Counted from the first letter of the stretch, positions 38,135 through 51,140 are shown. The stretch: DNA of 64,000 nt from Camelus dromedarius (GCF_036321535.1 NC_087438.1:12588001-12652000); one strand, 5' to 3'. Translations and numbers: made by a program. The notes: generated by a model from the sequence alone, not told the origin.

Positions 38135-38245
38135 CTTGGAGTTAGAAGGAGCCTGAGAGATTATCTGGAAAAGCATTTACATTTCTGAAAGAAAACTGAG
38201 GTTCAGTGGTAAAGTCACTTGGCCCGGAACATGCAGCCTGATTTG
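38135..38245 (-). mobile_element. MIR fragment
   Basis: 'gttagaaggagcctgagagattatctgg...gaaaactgaggttcagtggtaaagtcacttggcc'. Confidence 0.65.
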
Positions 38246-38633
38246 ATTTACTTCTTGTGACTTGGAGCAAATTTCCAGAAGGTGTTCTCTTGATCATGGG
38301 TGCTTCTAACGTGGACGGTGATACTCCTCAAATTATTAAGATTCAGTTCTGGCAAACTCAAATTTACTCAAATTTTGGTAAAAAATACATAGTATAATTT
38401 TGAAGAAATATTGAAGATTACATATAACAGAAAATATCGAGCACCGAAGTGGTCTAGTTCTGATGAACGTGATGAATCAATAGGGCAGCCGGCTCAAGAA
38501 GAGGGCTTGTGGCTCTGCCATTGTTGTTTCTGTAACTCTGCACATGTTGTTGCATCAACTGGCTGTTCACTGCTATTTGTGTCATTCAGCTTTATTGCTG
38601 TCCAGTCGTGACTGAGCGCCTCTAAGAGGTACC

Positions 38634-39198
38634 TGTGGTCCGCTGGCTTCTCAGAGGGCCCACAATGATCACCATTTCCTGATTCCATGGCCTTGTGTTA
38701 CCCTCACCCCTTGAGGTTTGGCCAAACCTGGTGACTTGCCTCCAACCAACAGACTCTGGCAAAGGCCAGGGGATACCTCCTCGAGGAATAGGTTACAAAG
38801 AATTTTGACTTCCATGTTGCTAGTTGGCTGTCTTCGTTGCCTTCTTGGCTTGAACACATTGATGAAGCAAGCTGCCATGATGGAGAGGCCAATGTAACAA
38901 GGAACTCAGGGTGGCCTGTGACCAGTAGCTGTGAGGAATGGGATCCTAAGTTCAACCAACTTTGGGGAACCAAATCCTGGAAGCCATCACATGAGCTTGG
39001 AAGCAGATTTTTTTTCCATCTGAGCCACAGCCCAGTGTACACCTTGACTGCAGCCCATGAGGAATCCTGAAATGAATGGATGCAGTAAAACCGTGCCCAG
39101 ATCCCAGCCCATAGAAGCTATGAGATAAGAAATGTGTGTTGTTTTAAGTTGGTACATTTTGGGAGTAACTTGTTATGCAGCAATAGATAACTAATATG
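38634..39198 (+). mobile_element. Solo MaLR LTR (MLT1E-like)
   Basis: 'tgtggtccgctggcttct...gaagcaagctgccatga...accttgactgcagcc...gtaacttgttatgcagcaatagataactaata'. Confidence 0.88.
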
Positions 39199-39504
39199 AT
39201 AGCAAAAAGGAGTAAGACAAGTTCATAAACATAAATCACTTTTAAATGCGTTGCTGGCCACACCCATTTTAGCATTACACAAGACCTTGGCAATTTCAGC
39301 GTGAAGGGCAGTTTGAATGAAGACGCATTCAGACAAGAACATGCAAGACTCCTCGCTACCTTTTAAGTCTACAGGGACAATGAAGCGGCATTTGTGAGTT
39401 AATATAAAATTTGAATTGCATCAGATTTTCCAGATTAAAGTAATTGTGAAATGTGAGGAGAAGAGGAAATAATACATGTGTGTGCATCATATTAATAATT
39501 ACAC

Positions 39505-39700
39505 AAATCATCATAGCAACTATTTATTGAGAACTTGACATATGCAAGGTGATGTGTTAAGTAACTATGAATCTCATTTCATTAATTCTCTCACCAGCTC
39601 TAAGATCGAGGTAGATTATCTTGATTTTTCAGCTGACAAATTTCCCAACAGCTAGCACGCATTCAGCAGCGATGACATTGGGATGCATTGTGTCTTGCTT
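39505..39700 (-). mobile_element. MIR fragment
   Basis: 'atagcaactatttattgagaacttgacatatgcaagg...atctcatttcattaattctc...gaggtagattatc'. Confidence 0.65.
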
Positions 39701-39959
39701 AAAAGCTTGTGTTCACAGTTTCCAAGCTTGAAAAGTTGTCTAAAGTGACACCCATTTCTCTCCTCTGCTTTGTTCAACCAATGGTAGCAGGTCATTAAAA
39801 ATGCTACCTTTGTTGAGTAGAAAACAAAACCAGAACAACCCAAAACTTCTTTGCTCTAAAAGCCACTAATTTCCCAAGGTCATGTTTGCAATTAATCATA
39901 TTCTGTTTGGTGATATATATATATTTTTAATGCATATCTTGTCATGTTAGTTTTATTAT

Positions 39960-40130
39960 TGTTTGACCTTTTTATCCCACAAATTTTGCTGTATTTATAA
40001 TTAAGTTCCTTAAGGGCAGGACTACTTTTTTTTGTACTTCAGTGTCCCCAGCCATGTCTGGTACTGTACTGTGCAAATGATAAGCATGCAATAAATCTTT
40101 TCTGTTGGGCTTGAAGAACTCTGAAATGAA
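39960..40130 (+). mobile_element. LINE-2 3' end
   Basis: 'taagttccttaagggcagg...cagtgtccccagc...gcatgcaataaatc'. Confidence 0.65.
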
Positions 40131-40325
40131 TACAATGTTAAGCTGAGAGAGTGTTTCTTTCTAGGCAGTCCCGTCAGCTTTGCATAAGGCGCCAGGGTTG
40201 TCAGGCACGGGCTATAGTTTGGGGTTGGGCTGAGAATCAGGACATGTTCCAACAAGATCAGCCCTACTGTTCTCTCAGGTACAGCCTTGCTGCTGGACCA
40301 CTTCTGAGAGGGTTTGCAGGTTAAT

Positions 40326-40432
40326 TAAGGTAACTAACCATCCTACTTTTCCCAGGACTGAGGCGTTTCCCAGGATTTTCAGTTCTAAGACTAGGAAAGT
40401 GCTAGACGAACTGGGATGAGCTGATCATCTCA
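40326..40432. mobile_element. hAT-Blackjack MITE, MER81-like
   Basis: 'taaggtaactaaccatcc...cccaggactgaggcgtttcccagga...ttcagttctaagactaggaaagt...aactgggatgagctgatcatct'; decayed TIRs. Confidence 0.75.
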
Positions 40433-40442
40433 ACAGGAATGT

Positions 40443-40799
40443 CATTATGGACTGAATGTCTGTGTGCCCCTCAGATTCATATGTTGAGGTCCTAACACCC
40501 AGTGTGACTGTTTTTGGAGAAAGGAAGTAATTGAGGTTAAATGAAGTCATAAGGGTGGGGCCCTGATCCAATAGGATTAGTGTCTTTATAAGAGCCACCA
40601 GAGAGCCTCTCCCCCTACCATGCGAGGGCTCAGTGAGAAAGCAGCCATCTGAAAATTCGAAAAGTGACTCTCACCAGAATCCAACCAGGCTGGCACCCTG
40701 ATCTTGGACTTCAGCTGCTTCTAGAACTATGAGAAATAAATGTGATTGAAGCCACCCATCTATGGTACTTTATTATGGCATCCCAAGCTGAGTAATACA
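40443..40799 (+). mobile_element. Solo MaLR LTR (MLT1A-like)
   Basis: 'ttatggactgaatgtctgtgt...attcatatgttgagg...ggcaccctgatcttggact...gctgagtaataca'; TSD AATGT at 40438-40442 and 40800-40804. Confidence 0.9.
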
Positions 40800-40875
40800 A
40801 ATGTGCATTTGATGGGGAGAAGAGCTGGTCTTGCTTCATTTATGTGGTTTGTCTTTTCTGTGAATTTAAACCCAG

Positions 40876-40930
40876 CCAACCAACCAACTAACCAACCAAC
40901 CAACCAACCAACCAACCAACCAACCAAACA
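40876..40930. repeat. (CCAA)n tetranucleotide microsatellite
   Basis: Seen directly; explains the NQPT repeats in ORF 40746..40946. Confidence 0.95.
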
Positions 40931-41820
40931 GCCAGCTTCTTTCTGAGTATCTTAAGAGTGTAGAGGAATACACTTTTCATAAGTGGTATATGTTTCCTAT
41001 CAGAGTTGTTAGCTAGATTTAAACAGCCACTTTTAAGGTGGAAGATCTAACAGTATTTTAAAGGTCATTATCATCAACATTTGTCTGCAATGTGCAGACA
41101 GAGCCCCTGGGTCTTTTCCATGTTACAGATCTCCTTTGAAGTCCTGGAGACTTTTGCCCATTGAGCAGCTATATAGGGTGCAGAGAGGAACAAAACCAGG
41201 GAATCAGCATGAACTGCAGGTCTGAGGGAGCTGTATCAAAAGCTCACATGCCAGGCTATTTAATTTGTTGGCCTGCTCGGTAGAAAGATACCTGCTGGGC
41301 AGGGTGGGTTTGAAGAATCAGATGGAGAGAAATATAAATGAATATAATTCACACTATTATTTCTTGGCAGCACTCATACGTGGATGAGAATTTTTTTTCT
41401 ACCCCAGAGCTGGCATTATATCTCTTGCCACTTTCTCTGAGTTAGTACCCTGGCAGCTGAGAGGTGCTGGAGAAAATCACACAATTGAGCGGACTGGTTT
41501 TTTTTTTTAGTTCAGGTTATTTTAAACTTTTAATTGGCATCGCTTGATAGTTCTGTGTTTCTCTAGATGTTCTTTCCAATTCACTCAGGTTGTTCTTTCA
41601 TGCCTTCCTCTTGCCCCTAAGCCATCACATCTTCTCCTTTCGCAGATGACTTTTCCTCATTCTTCACAGAGATTTTTTTGAAATGCTGTTGGGCCTAATC
41701 TTGCAACTTGTCATCACCCATGAGAGTAATCCACCCTCACCTGTTATGGTGGAGAAAACAAATGTTCTCTCTTCCTCCAAAACAAATCAGCTCTTGTGAG
41801 CTCAGTCTGCTTTTTCGTTC

Positions 41821-42935
41821 TATGTAGGCAGCTTCTGAACTGGCCCCCAGTGATGCCCATCTCCTGGTATTTATGCTCTTGGGCAAGCTCCTCACTTAGC
41901 GTGTTCACTGGATTTAGTGATTTGCTTTTAATGAGAAGACTGTGGCAAAAGTGCTGGGTTGTCACTTCCAAGACTAGGTTATGAAAGACTATATATAGTG
42001 TGACTTCTCTCTTTTTTTTAAATTGAAGTATAATTGATTTACAATGTTGTATTAGTTTCAAGTGTACAGCAAAGTGATTCAGTTATACAAATATATATAC
42101 ATATTCTTTTTCAGATTCTTTTCCATTGTAAGTTATTATGAGGTATTGAATATAGTTCCCTGTGCTATGCAAGTAGTTCCTTGTTATGTATCTATTATAT
42201 TTATATAGCAGTGTGCATCTTAATCCCAAACTTACAATTTATCCCTCCTGTAATTTCCCCTTTAGTAACCATAAGTTTGTTTTTTATGTCTGTGTGTCTA
42301 TTTCTGTTTTGTGAATAAGTTCATTTGTATCATTTTAAAGTTTCTACATATGAGTGATAACATGTGTCTTTCTTTGTCTGACTTAACTTCACTATGTATG
42401 ATAATCTCTAGGTCCATCTGTGTTGCTGCAAATGGCATTATTTAATTCTTCTTTATGGCTGCATAGTAGTCCATTGTATAAATATACCACAACTTCTTTA
42501 TCCAGTCATCTGTCAATGGACATTTGGGTTGTTTCCATGTCTTGGCTATTTTAAATAGTGCTGTTATGAACACTGGGGTGTATGTATCTTTTCAAATTAG
42601 AGTTTTCTCTGGATATATGCCCAGGAGTGGGGTTGATGGATCATATGGTAAGTCTATTTTTAGTTTTTTAAGGAACTGTCCTCCATAGTGGCTGCACCAA
42701 ATTACATTCCCACGAACAGTGCAGGAGGGTTCCCTTTTCTCCATACCCTCTCCAGCATTTATCGTTTGTAGACTTTTTGATTGGTGTGAGGTGACCTCAT
42801 TGTAGTTCTGATTTGCATTTCTCTAATAATTAGTGATGTTGAGCATCTTTTCATGTGCCTCTTGGCCATCTGTATCTGTGACTTCTGTCTTGCTTTTGCT
42901 CTGTTTCACTTGCTTGCTGGATGGAGCAGGAGTGG
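41821..42935 (+). mobile_element. MaLR LTR 5' part (MLT1F-like), split by L1
   Basis: 'taggcagcttct...ggcccccagtgatgcccatctcctggtattta...tgtcacttccaagactaggttat', resumes at 42877 'tgtgacttctgtcttgc'. Confidence 0.8.
42014..42876 (-). mobile_element. 5'-truncated L1 (ORF2 end + 3' UTR)
   Basis: Antisense L1 3' UTR/ORF2 sequence; 15-bp TSD tgtgacttct(c/g)tctt at 41999-42013 and 42877-42891. Confidence 0.95.
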
Positions 42936-43658
42936 GAATATTGCCATCAGGACCATTTCTCTCCACATCTGGTCTTCACTGGTGTTATGCTGAGGTTTAT
43001 TCTTTACTTGTGGTGGTGGTGATGTCCCCATGTTCCCATTGTCTTCATAGGCAGAGTTAACAGACAATGTAGCTTACAGAACATAGAAACATGTTTGTCC
43101 TCTGAGTTAAAACCTTCTCATCATATTTGATAAATACAAAGTTAGATATATTAACATGCATTTTTCTATAACTACATTAGCTGTTAGTTATATATAAGCT
43201 TCTTGATTTGCTCTCAATCTGAGTCTTTCAATCTTACTTCAGTTCAAAACCCCAACCTAGTTGACATAGATGAGGAATTGATTAGGTACAAACCACTTCC
43301 TTGGGAGAGAAAAAGATTGTGATTATTTTAGAAGATGCAAGATTTTCTTGATGACTTACAGAATATTAAGTTGGCAGAAGAACAGGAAGAAAAAGCTGGC
43401 GTTCTTGAAAAGTATCCACACTCTACTAACTTTCTCATTTGCTTCCTTATACACAGGTAGCCTGACTCTGGGTGGACATGGCATTGTGCAGCCCAAGGCT
43501 GCAATAGTTTTAAATTTTAGCCCCTTAATAACGAAAAATCTTCTCAAAGAACTGAGAGGTAGTTCTCAAGTGCTAAGTCTACAGACATGATTCTGATCTC
43601 TCTGGGGGCATAGGCCCATAGCAGGTGCCAAAGCTCCATCAAAAAGCACCATGTGAGC

Positions 43659-44360
43659 TGTTGGTGGAAATGTAAATTAGTGCAACTACTATGGAGGACA
43701 GTATAGAGGTTCCTTAAAATATTAAAAATAAACTTACCATATGATACAGGATCTGGAGAAAACTCTAATTTGAAAAGACACATGCACCCCAGTGTTCATA
43801 GCAGTACTATTTACAGTAGCCAGGAAATGGAAACAACCTAAATGTCCATGACGATGACTGGATAAAGAAGCTGTGGTACACTTATACAATGGAATACTAC
43901 TCAGCCATAAAAAGAATTAAATAATGCCATTTGCAGCAACATGGATGGACCAAGAGAGTATGATACTAAGTGAAGTAAATCAGACAGCAAAAGACAAATA
44001 TATGATATCACTTATATGTGGATTCTAAAAAAAAAAAGATACTAATTTTATTTACAAACCAGAAATAGGCTCACAAACATAGATAAAATTATGGTTATTA
44101 AAGGGGAAAGGGGAGGGAGGGATAAATTAGGAGTTTGGGAATAGCAGATACACACTACTATATATAAAACAGATAAATGACAAGGACCTATTGTGCAGCA
44201 CAGGGAACTATATTCATTACCTTAAAATAAGCTATAATGGAAAAAGTCTGAAAAATATATGTACATATGTGTATAATTGAATCAATTTGCTGTACATCTA
44301 AAACCAACATTGTAAATCAACTACGCTTCATAAAAAATAAAATTAAAAATTAAAAAAAAA
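43659..44360 (+). mobile_element. 5'-truncated L1 (ORF2 end + 3' UTR + A-tail)
   Basis: 'tgttggtggaaatgtaaattagtgcaac...tggaatactactcagccataaaaag...ttgtaaatcaactacgcttcataaaaaataaaa'; degenerate TSD ending tgtgagc (43641-43658 / about 44356-44373). Confidence 0.95.
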
Positions 44361-45379
44361 TCAGTGTGTGAGCATTAGTTTATGTGAGATCCTGAATGCA
44401 AATGGGGACGTCAGAGAATGATGGGAAGTCAGCGTCCTCTGGCTCTCCACTGTGTACCTGCTGTAAATAAGCACTAAATAGGTGTGTATTAACTGACTTG
44501 AGTGAGCAGGTCTCAGGCAGAACAGTTAGACATTGAGGTGGAAGTTAAAAAAAAAATTGCTATTTGAATAGCTAGCTGCTTGCTGAATTTAATCTCTGCA
44601 CTCTGAAAAGACTCAGTAAATGTTCCTTTGTATAATCAACTGATATTCAATTAACTTGTAATAACTACTTTAATAATTCTAGAGAGGTAATTTGAGTCTC
44701 CTGCAAAGTTGGCTAGCGTTTTCCTTTGATAGTCTCTTCTGGGGAAATGACTCACAGGTATCATAGGTATTAATTGCTGGGTGGAGATTCTTTCTTTTTT
44801 TTTCCTTTCTTCTTTTTTAATACAATGATGAGCATGTTGCACTACTATTAAATAATTCTTGACTTTTAAAAAAATAATTTGGAAGTTGCTAAAAATTGTT
44901 GGACAGAGAGAAGATTTTATTCAGTTGTGGACTCACATGGCAAAAGAAAACTGGCTCAAGTTGTTGAATTTCTGCTTCCGTTGAAAAGCTGATTAAAAAT
45001 GGAACTGGAGAACATGTAATTACCCCAATGGAATTATTATGTGACATTGAAAAACTGGTCACCCTAGGTGGTTAACTGTGTGATTAAGAAAACAATAATA
45101 GCGTGGACAGCGTGAACCTTGTCCAGTAGTGATCACAATTTGCATTTTGCTTCTGCAAAGCACAAATAGGTTAACTGAATACCAAAGAGCAGTGAACTGC
45201 CTATGATTTGCATCTTTATATGGTGATTAAGAATTTAATAAATTAGAATATAATATTTATACCACTGTATGACTAAAATATCCTCTCAACTTCCTGCTCT
45301 TATGAGGGTTGAAAGAAAGAAAGGACCGTATTCTTCAATTATGCAATGGATAACTATTAATTTTCTAACATTTTCCAAT

Positions 45380-45890
45380 GATTGCTTGCTGTAAAAATGT
45401 AAAATGGTGCCAGAAGCTTTAGCATGTATTATTCACACTGTAATTTTGGTTTATTTCCTTCCAGACTTTTTCCAGCACATATTTTTTAAAACAGTTGTAA
45501 TCATGTTATACATGTAATTTATCCTGACTTTTTAAAACCTAATGTTATAAATGTTAGTTATGTTTATAATAGCAAAAAATCTAGAAGCAAAGTAAATATG
45601 CACCGTATTCAGTGGACTCACGGCACTCTTAAAGATATTGGTTATGAAATATATAATTTATTTAACAATCCCCATATAACTGGTTATCTAGATTCTTTTT
45701 TTTTTATTTTGTTATTACAAATGGGACAAATACTGTCATGCATATTATTTTATGCACGTAGATTCTTCCAGGGTTTTGACTGTTCTATTAGGAGAAAAGT
45801 CTACAGAAGAAATTAGTGGGTGAAAATTTGTAAATCTCTCTTTAAATGACTTTTGATACAAATACTATTCAGGATCTATTTGTTTTCAAG
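45380..45890 (-). mobile_element. Ancient L1ME-like fragments
   Basis: 'tttatttaacaatccccatataactggttatctagatt...ctagaagc', 'agaagaaattagtgggtgaaa'; very diverged, possibly mixed orientation. Confidence 0.45.
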
Positions 45891-46433
45891 TGTCATTGAC
45901 TAGCTTAGAAATAAAGGGAGGATTTTTTAGATGCAAATGATCATGCATGTAACAGTAGGAAGGGACAGCACATCTGGATGGCTGAAACCAGGGACTGAAA
46001 TGTCCCAGGGCTTTTTCTGAATCCATGTCTCTCCAAGGCTCAGTGGTCAGCCACATTTCATTATTTGTTGGTCAGCTTTTTTTCTCCCTGGAGTGAACAC
46101 ACCTCTCCAAACTTCTGTGTTTCTACTAATAACAAGCGATTGGATTTAATTCCAAGAGGAAAGGTCTTAGAGGTACCTTAATCCCAGCCTGGTTTGGTCA
46201 GGGAGTTACTATGGACCAGTCCACACTGGCAAATTGGGCAAGATCCCATAACAGAGAAGAGGTCTCAAGTCCTTTAATTAGGTCTTTTTCTGGAGAATGC
46301 AGAGCTTAGGTGGGCCAGGTGTTTCTGTTATTTATGCTCATATGTGACCAAATTACCTTATCAGTTGGCAATCCTGGCAATAACATACAGAAGTACTGAT
46401 TTTACCACTCTTTAACCAGTGTTGACTATTGGA

Positions 46434-46434
<1 letters not shown>

Positions 46435-46480
<46 letters not shown>
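46435..46480. repeat. (TTA)n microsatellite
   Basis: Seen directly. Confidence 0.97.
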
Positions 46481-46890
46481 CTAATATTTTCATTTCTAGC
46501 TCAAGCAGGTGGACTGAATACATGTAGATAAGTCCTCATTTACTCCAATTCCACTGGAATGACATTAAGTACAACAGGAAGAAATCCTTAAGAGCTCTGA
46601 AAATGAGATGAAGAGCCCTAGGATAGTTAGTGATTTTGATCCTTTTATGGGAGACACAAAGATCATTTTGATGGATGAGAGAGCAGAGGAGGTTACAGTC
46701 CAGAACATGTACACAGAACGCCATGGGGGAGGGAGAAATTGTTCTACTGATAGAGCCCCAGAGGGGCTTCAGGCTCAGGGTCTATAAATATGCAGAGAAA
46801 ATGGGGACGGGCAGCTACTAGAGAGATGACTGACTGAAGGAGGTGACACCACGTGCTTTCTACTACCCTTGCTCAGGGCTTTTCCACTCT

Positions 46891-47025
46891 TTTTTTTGGG
46901 GGGGGGAGGTAATTAGATTTATTTATTTGTTTGTTTATTTCCTTATTAATGGAGGTACTGGGGACTGTACCCGGGACCTGGGGCATGCTAAGCATGTGCT
47001 CAACCACTGAGCTATACCCTCCCCC
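46891..47025 (-). mobile_element. tRNA-derived SINE, camelid Vic-1 type
   Basis: Reverse complement: GGGGGAGGGTATAGCTCAGTGGTTGAGCACATGCTTAGCATGCCCCAGGTCCCGGGTACAGTCCCCAGTACCTCCATT...(AAAT)n...CTAATTACCTCCCCCCCCC-A tail; A box intact, B box decayed; degenerate TSD gggcttttccactctt / gggcatttctattctt. Confidence 0.9.
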
Positions 47026-47194
47026 ACTGGGCATTTCTATTCTTAATCATGTAGAGTGACTGCAGCAACATGTGCTGCCCAGGGAGAAAAACCCAGAGAA
47101 TTGTCCACTAAACTGGTGGCATGTTTAGTTAGCACTCTTAGAGGGGAGTTGACACCCAAGACTAAAGCCTTTCCCATTTAGACATGAAAGATGC

Positions 47195-48268
47195 TTCAAT
47201 TGTCTATTACTGAATAACAAAGAACTTAAAGCTTAGTGGCTTAAAGACAACAATTCATTTGTTCCCCCCTCAGGATTATGTGGGTCGGCTGGGCTCCACT
47301 GCATGGTTCTTCTCCTTGACGTGGTGTTGACTGACTTAATTACATTCTGTTGGGAGCTCAAGGTACTGAAACAACCAAGATGGCTTCACTCATGTGTCTG
47401 GTGCTTCAACTGGAGTATCTGCAATGTCTGTGGGCTCAGTGGGCCTCTCTTTCTCCACATTATCTCTCATCATTCTATAGCCTAACCCAAACTTCCTTAC
47501 ATAGCAGTTGAGTTCTAGCACTAGAGTTGAATGTGCAAGGTCACACAGCATCACTTCAACCTTATTCCATGTGTCATCACAAGTCACAAGGCTAGGCCAT
47601 GTTCAAGAAGATGAGAAAAACTCTACCATTTGATGGGAGAAATGGCATAGATAATAGTTAATTTTACATGTCAATTTGACTGGGCCATGGTGTGCCAGAC
47701 ATTTGGATGAACATTACTTTGGGTGTGTCTGTGGAGGTGTTTCTGGATGAGATTAGCATTCGAATTGGTCCACTGAGTAAAGCAAATGGCCTTCCTTAAT
47801 GTGGGTGGGCCTCATCCAATCAGTTGAAGGCCTGAGTAGAACAAAAAAGATGCACTAAGAAGGAACCTCTCCTGCTTGATTGCTGAGCTGGGACATTGTC
47901 TTTTCTGGCCTTTGAACTCAGACTGAAACATTGGCTCTTCTTGACTCACAAGCTTACCTGCTTTTGGACTGGGACTTACACCTTTGGTTCACTTGGTTCC
48001 CAGACTGTTGAATTTAGACTGAAACTGCACATCAGCTCTCCTGGGTCTCCAGCTTGCTGACCACAGGTCTTGGGATTTCTCAACCTCCAAAATCATGTGA
48101 GCCAATTTCATATAATAAATCCCTTTGTCTCTGTCTCTCTTTCTCTCTCTCTCTCTCTCCAAAATATCTGATTGGTTCCACTTCTCTGGAGAACCCTCAC
48201 TCATACAGCATGCATAGATATGAATGGTAGAGATCATTGGTGACCAGTTTTTCAGATATTCTACCACA
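47195..48268 (-). mobile_element. MaLR LTR (MLT1H/I-like) split by an MLT2 LTR
   Basis: 'agcttagtggcttaaagacaacaattcattt...ccaagatggcttcactcatgtgtctgg...gtcacacagcatcacttc', resumes at 48213 to '...atattctaccaca'. Confidence 0.8.
47650..48207 (+). mobile_element. Solo ERVL LTR (MLT2B/C-like) nested in MLT1
   Basis: 'agttaattttacatgtcaatttgactgggccatgg...gggcctcatccaatcagttgaagg...ttctctggagaaccctcactcataca'; TSD gcat(a/g) at 47645-47649 and 48208-48212. Confidence 0.92.
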
Positions 48269-48575
48269 AAGGTGGTGAGTGTGAACATTTGCACTCCAAA
48301 GAGAGTTTTTCCATTGCTACTTCTTGGCTATGTGCACAGAGCTAGGATTCAGTGCTGCCAATCAGGCAAGATCAGGCAAGAGGAAACAGAACTACACTAG
48401 GTCTTATATTGCCAGGCTGTATTTCTAAATATGAACATTTAATAAAGAATCAGAAACATTTAAGGAGGATTGCCAGCATGGTAGAAAAGCAGCAAGATGA
48501 AAATACAATGATTAATTCTGGAAGAAAAAAGTAATTCAATGAACAGAGTAGAACTTTAAAATAATTATAATTATG

Positions 48576-49072
48576 CCTATTAGTTTCCTATTACTTCTAT
48601 AGCAAATTACCACAAACATAGTGGCTTAAACAACACAGTTTATTACCTCTGGAGGTCAGAAGTCTGACATGGTTCTCATTGGGCTAAAGGCAAGGTGTTG
48701 GCAAGACTCATTCTTTTTTGGAGGTTCTAGGGGAGAATATGTTTTCTTGCCTTTTCTATCTTCTAGAGGCTGCCTGTGTTCCTTGGCTCATGGAACTTCC
48801 TTCATCTTCAAAGCCAGCAATAGTCAGCTGAGTCTGTCTCATACTGCCATCTCTCTGGTTTTGACCCTCCTACCTCCCTCTTTCCCATTTAAGTGATTAT
48901 ACTGGGGCCACCTGTACAATTCAAGATATTTTTCTTAAGATCAACTGATTAGCAACCTTAATCTCATCTGCAACAATAATTCCCTCTTGCCATGGAACAC
49001 ACAACACTCACAGGTTCTGAAGATCAGATTAAGAACAACTTTGGGTGGTGGGTGTGTGTTTTGTCCTATTCA
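48576..49072 (-). mobile_element. Solo MaLR LTR (MLT1C/D-like)
   Basis: 'tattagtttcctattacttctatagcaaattaccacaaac...tctggaggtcagaagtctgacatgg...cactcacaggttctg'. Confidence 0.88.
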
Positions 49073-50454
49073 TCAGTTCCTAGGGAACTTTGAAAAGAAA
49101 CCCAATTCTATGAAAATAGGAAGTAGACAATTTCTTCTTGATTTGGTAGCATTTGTATGTTGGCAGAAACTCAAATATATAGCTGCTCAGTAAGCAATTG
49201 CTTGTTGGATGGTTGGAAGGGAGAGATAGAAGACAGCAGTAACTGGATCCTGGGAATTTTTCAGGTGTTGGTAACATGGATGATATTTAGGGGTGTAGAT
49301 GTATCCTTAGAGAAATTCTACAGGGTGAGTGAGGGGCTATGGAGAAGGACTTTGCTTTCAGATATTTGCTTACCAAATGATATTTGGGAGAAACATGGGT
49401 GATACTCAGGGAGTTTGAAGTGTGTGAGTGGCACTAATTGGGAAGGAGGTGGGACATCTGGAATCATAATTTGCATTATTTGTGGTCTGGGTCAGAAGTG
49501 CCTTATTCAGGTATTTATATGATCTAATGTTGGTGAGACTGGAGAAGAAGGCAGCCTTTCTACTTTGTTATAGGTGTAGATGATGACTGGGCTAAAGGAA
49601 CCAACTTCAAGGTCCCAAACAGGCAGTTGGACTGTGGGATTAGGAAAGGCTGAAATGCCTGTGGAAATTAAAGTTGCAATGGTGCAGGCAATGGAGTAGA
49701 TTCTCCATAGAAATATTTTTTCTTCTGTTTACTTCTTCAACATAAAAATTATTTCTCCCTCTGGTCTGAGTATGATGCTCTGTTAGTTTATGCCTCATCA
49801 CCTTTACAGAGGATGTCTGCTTTATTTCTTCTTAAAATTCCCTGAAATAAATCCTTTTTATTTAGTATTCTTCATATATGTGTAAACAAAATGTTCTACA
49901 GAATCTAAACAACTAGAGCTTTGAATTTTGAACAACTATGAGAAAACTGAGGACCAGAGATTCAAGAAAAAAAATGTGTAAACTCTACTGTGGTTCCCAG
50001 AGCTAGCTTTAATGATAAGCCATTCAACTGAACTTCTCTCAGGATCAGGGACAGAAAACTGCACTTAAAAACCCACTGGGATTTTTTTTTTGTTTGGTTC
50101 AGGATGAGTAATGATGCCACGTGATAGAAGATATATTTTGAATTATCTCAAGCATAAGAGCCTTAGTTTTATGAGCCGGGAGTTTCAGTATGTTTTGTGT
50201 CAGGAATAATCCTACATGACATGGTCCATGACCCTTTAACCTTCTGGAACACAGAAAAACTTTTAAGTCTTAACAGAGTCAACAAGTAGCAGCAGGTTGT
50301 TACTTTTTTGTTCAAATTTGAAGTATTATACCTCAGACTCTCTATTAGATACAGGATTTTAAATGTGGTTTTATATTTAAGCTTCACGAATATTATAGGA
50401 AATGAGGCTTTGATGTTCTGCTCTATAATGGCCTGTATGTATACACATATATTT

Positions 50455-51140
50455 TCATAATAAACTATTTATTTTGGAATAATTTTAGGTTTGCAGAAAA
50501 GTAACAAAGAGAGCATAGAGAGTCCCACATATCCTTCCTCTGGCTCTGCGTTTCCCCTCATATCATTATCTTACATGACTGTGGTGTATTTGTCAAAGCT
50601 AAGTAACCGACATTGCTACGTTCCTATTAACTGAATTCCAGACTATATTTAGATTTCATCAGTCTTTCCCCAGTATCCTTTTGCTGTTTCCAGGATCTCA
50701 TCCAGGACACCCCATTGCATTTAGTCTCATGTCTCCTTAGTTTCCTCTGTTCTGTGATAGTTTCTCAGTCTTTCCTTGTTTTTCATTCTCTTGATAGTTT
50801 TGAGAGTATTGGTCAGATGTTTTATAGAATGTTCCTCAATTTGAAGTTTGTCTGATGTTTTCCTCTTGATTCAACTAGGTTATGGGTTTAGGGGCAGAAA
50901 AGCACGGAGGAAATGCCCTTCTCATCACAAAGAATCGGAGGTGACATGACGGGGGCCCATGTGACTTCGCGTCGGTGACGTTAATTCGATCACTTGGCTA
51001 AGATCATGCTCATTGGGTTTCTAGACTGGAGAGTTGCTATTTCCTCTTTTCTTTGGAAGAGAGTCACTAAATTCAGCTCACACCCAACAGAGTGAAGGGA
51101 TTGCTTCTTACACTCTTGCATGTATTTACATGTATTATTT
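50455..51140 (-). mobile_element. L1MC-type 3' end
   Basis: 'ttattttggaataattttaggtttgcagaaaagtaacaaaga...ccaggatctcatccaggacacccc...tgcccttctcatcaca'. Confidence 0.82.

Noticed and set aside
40876..40930. CRISPR-like or coding repeat (NQPT)n
   Set aside because: Simple (CCAA)n microsatellite with no spacers; eukaryotic DNA
46950..47025. tRNA gene
   Set aside because: tRNA-like head of a SINE with a decayed B box, AT-rich tail and TSD
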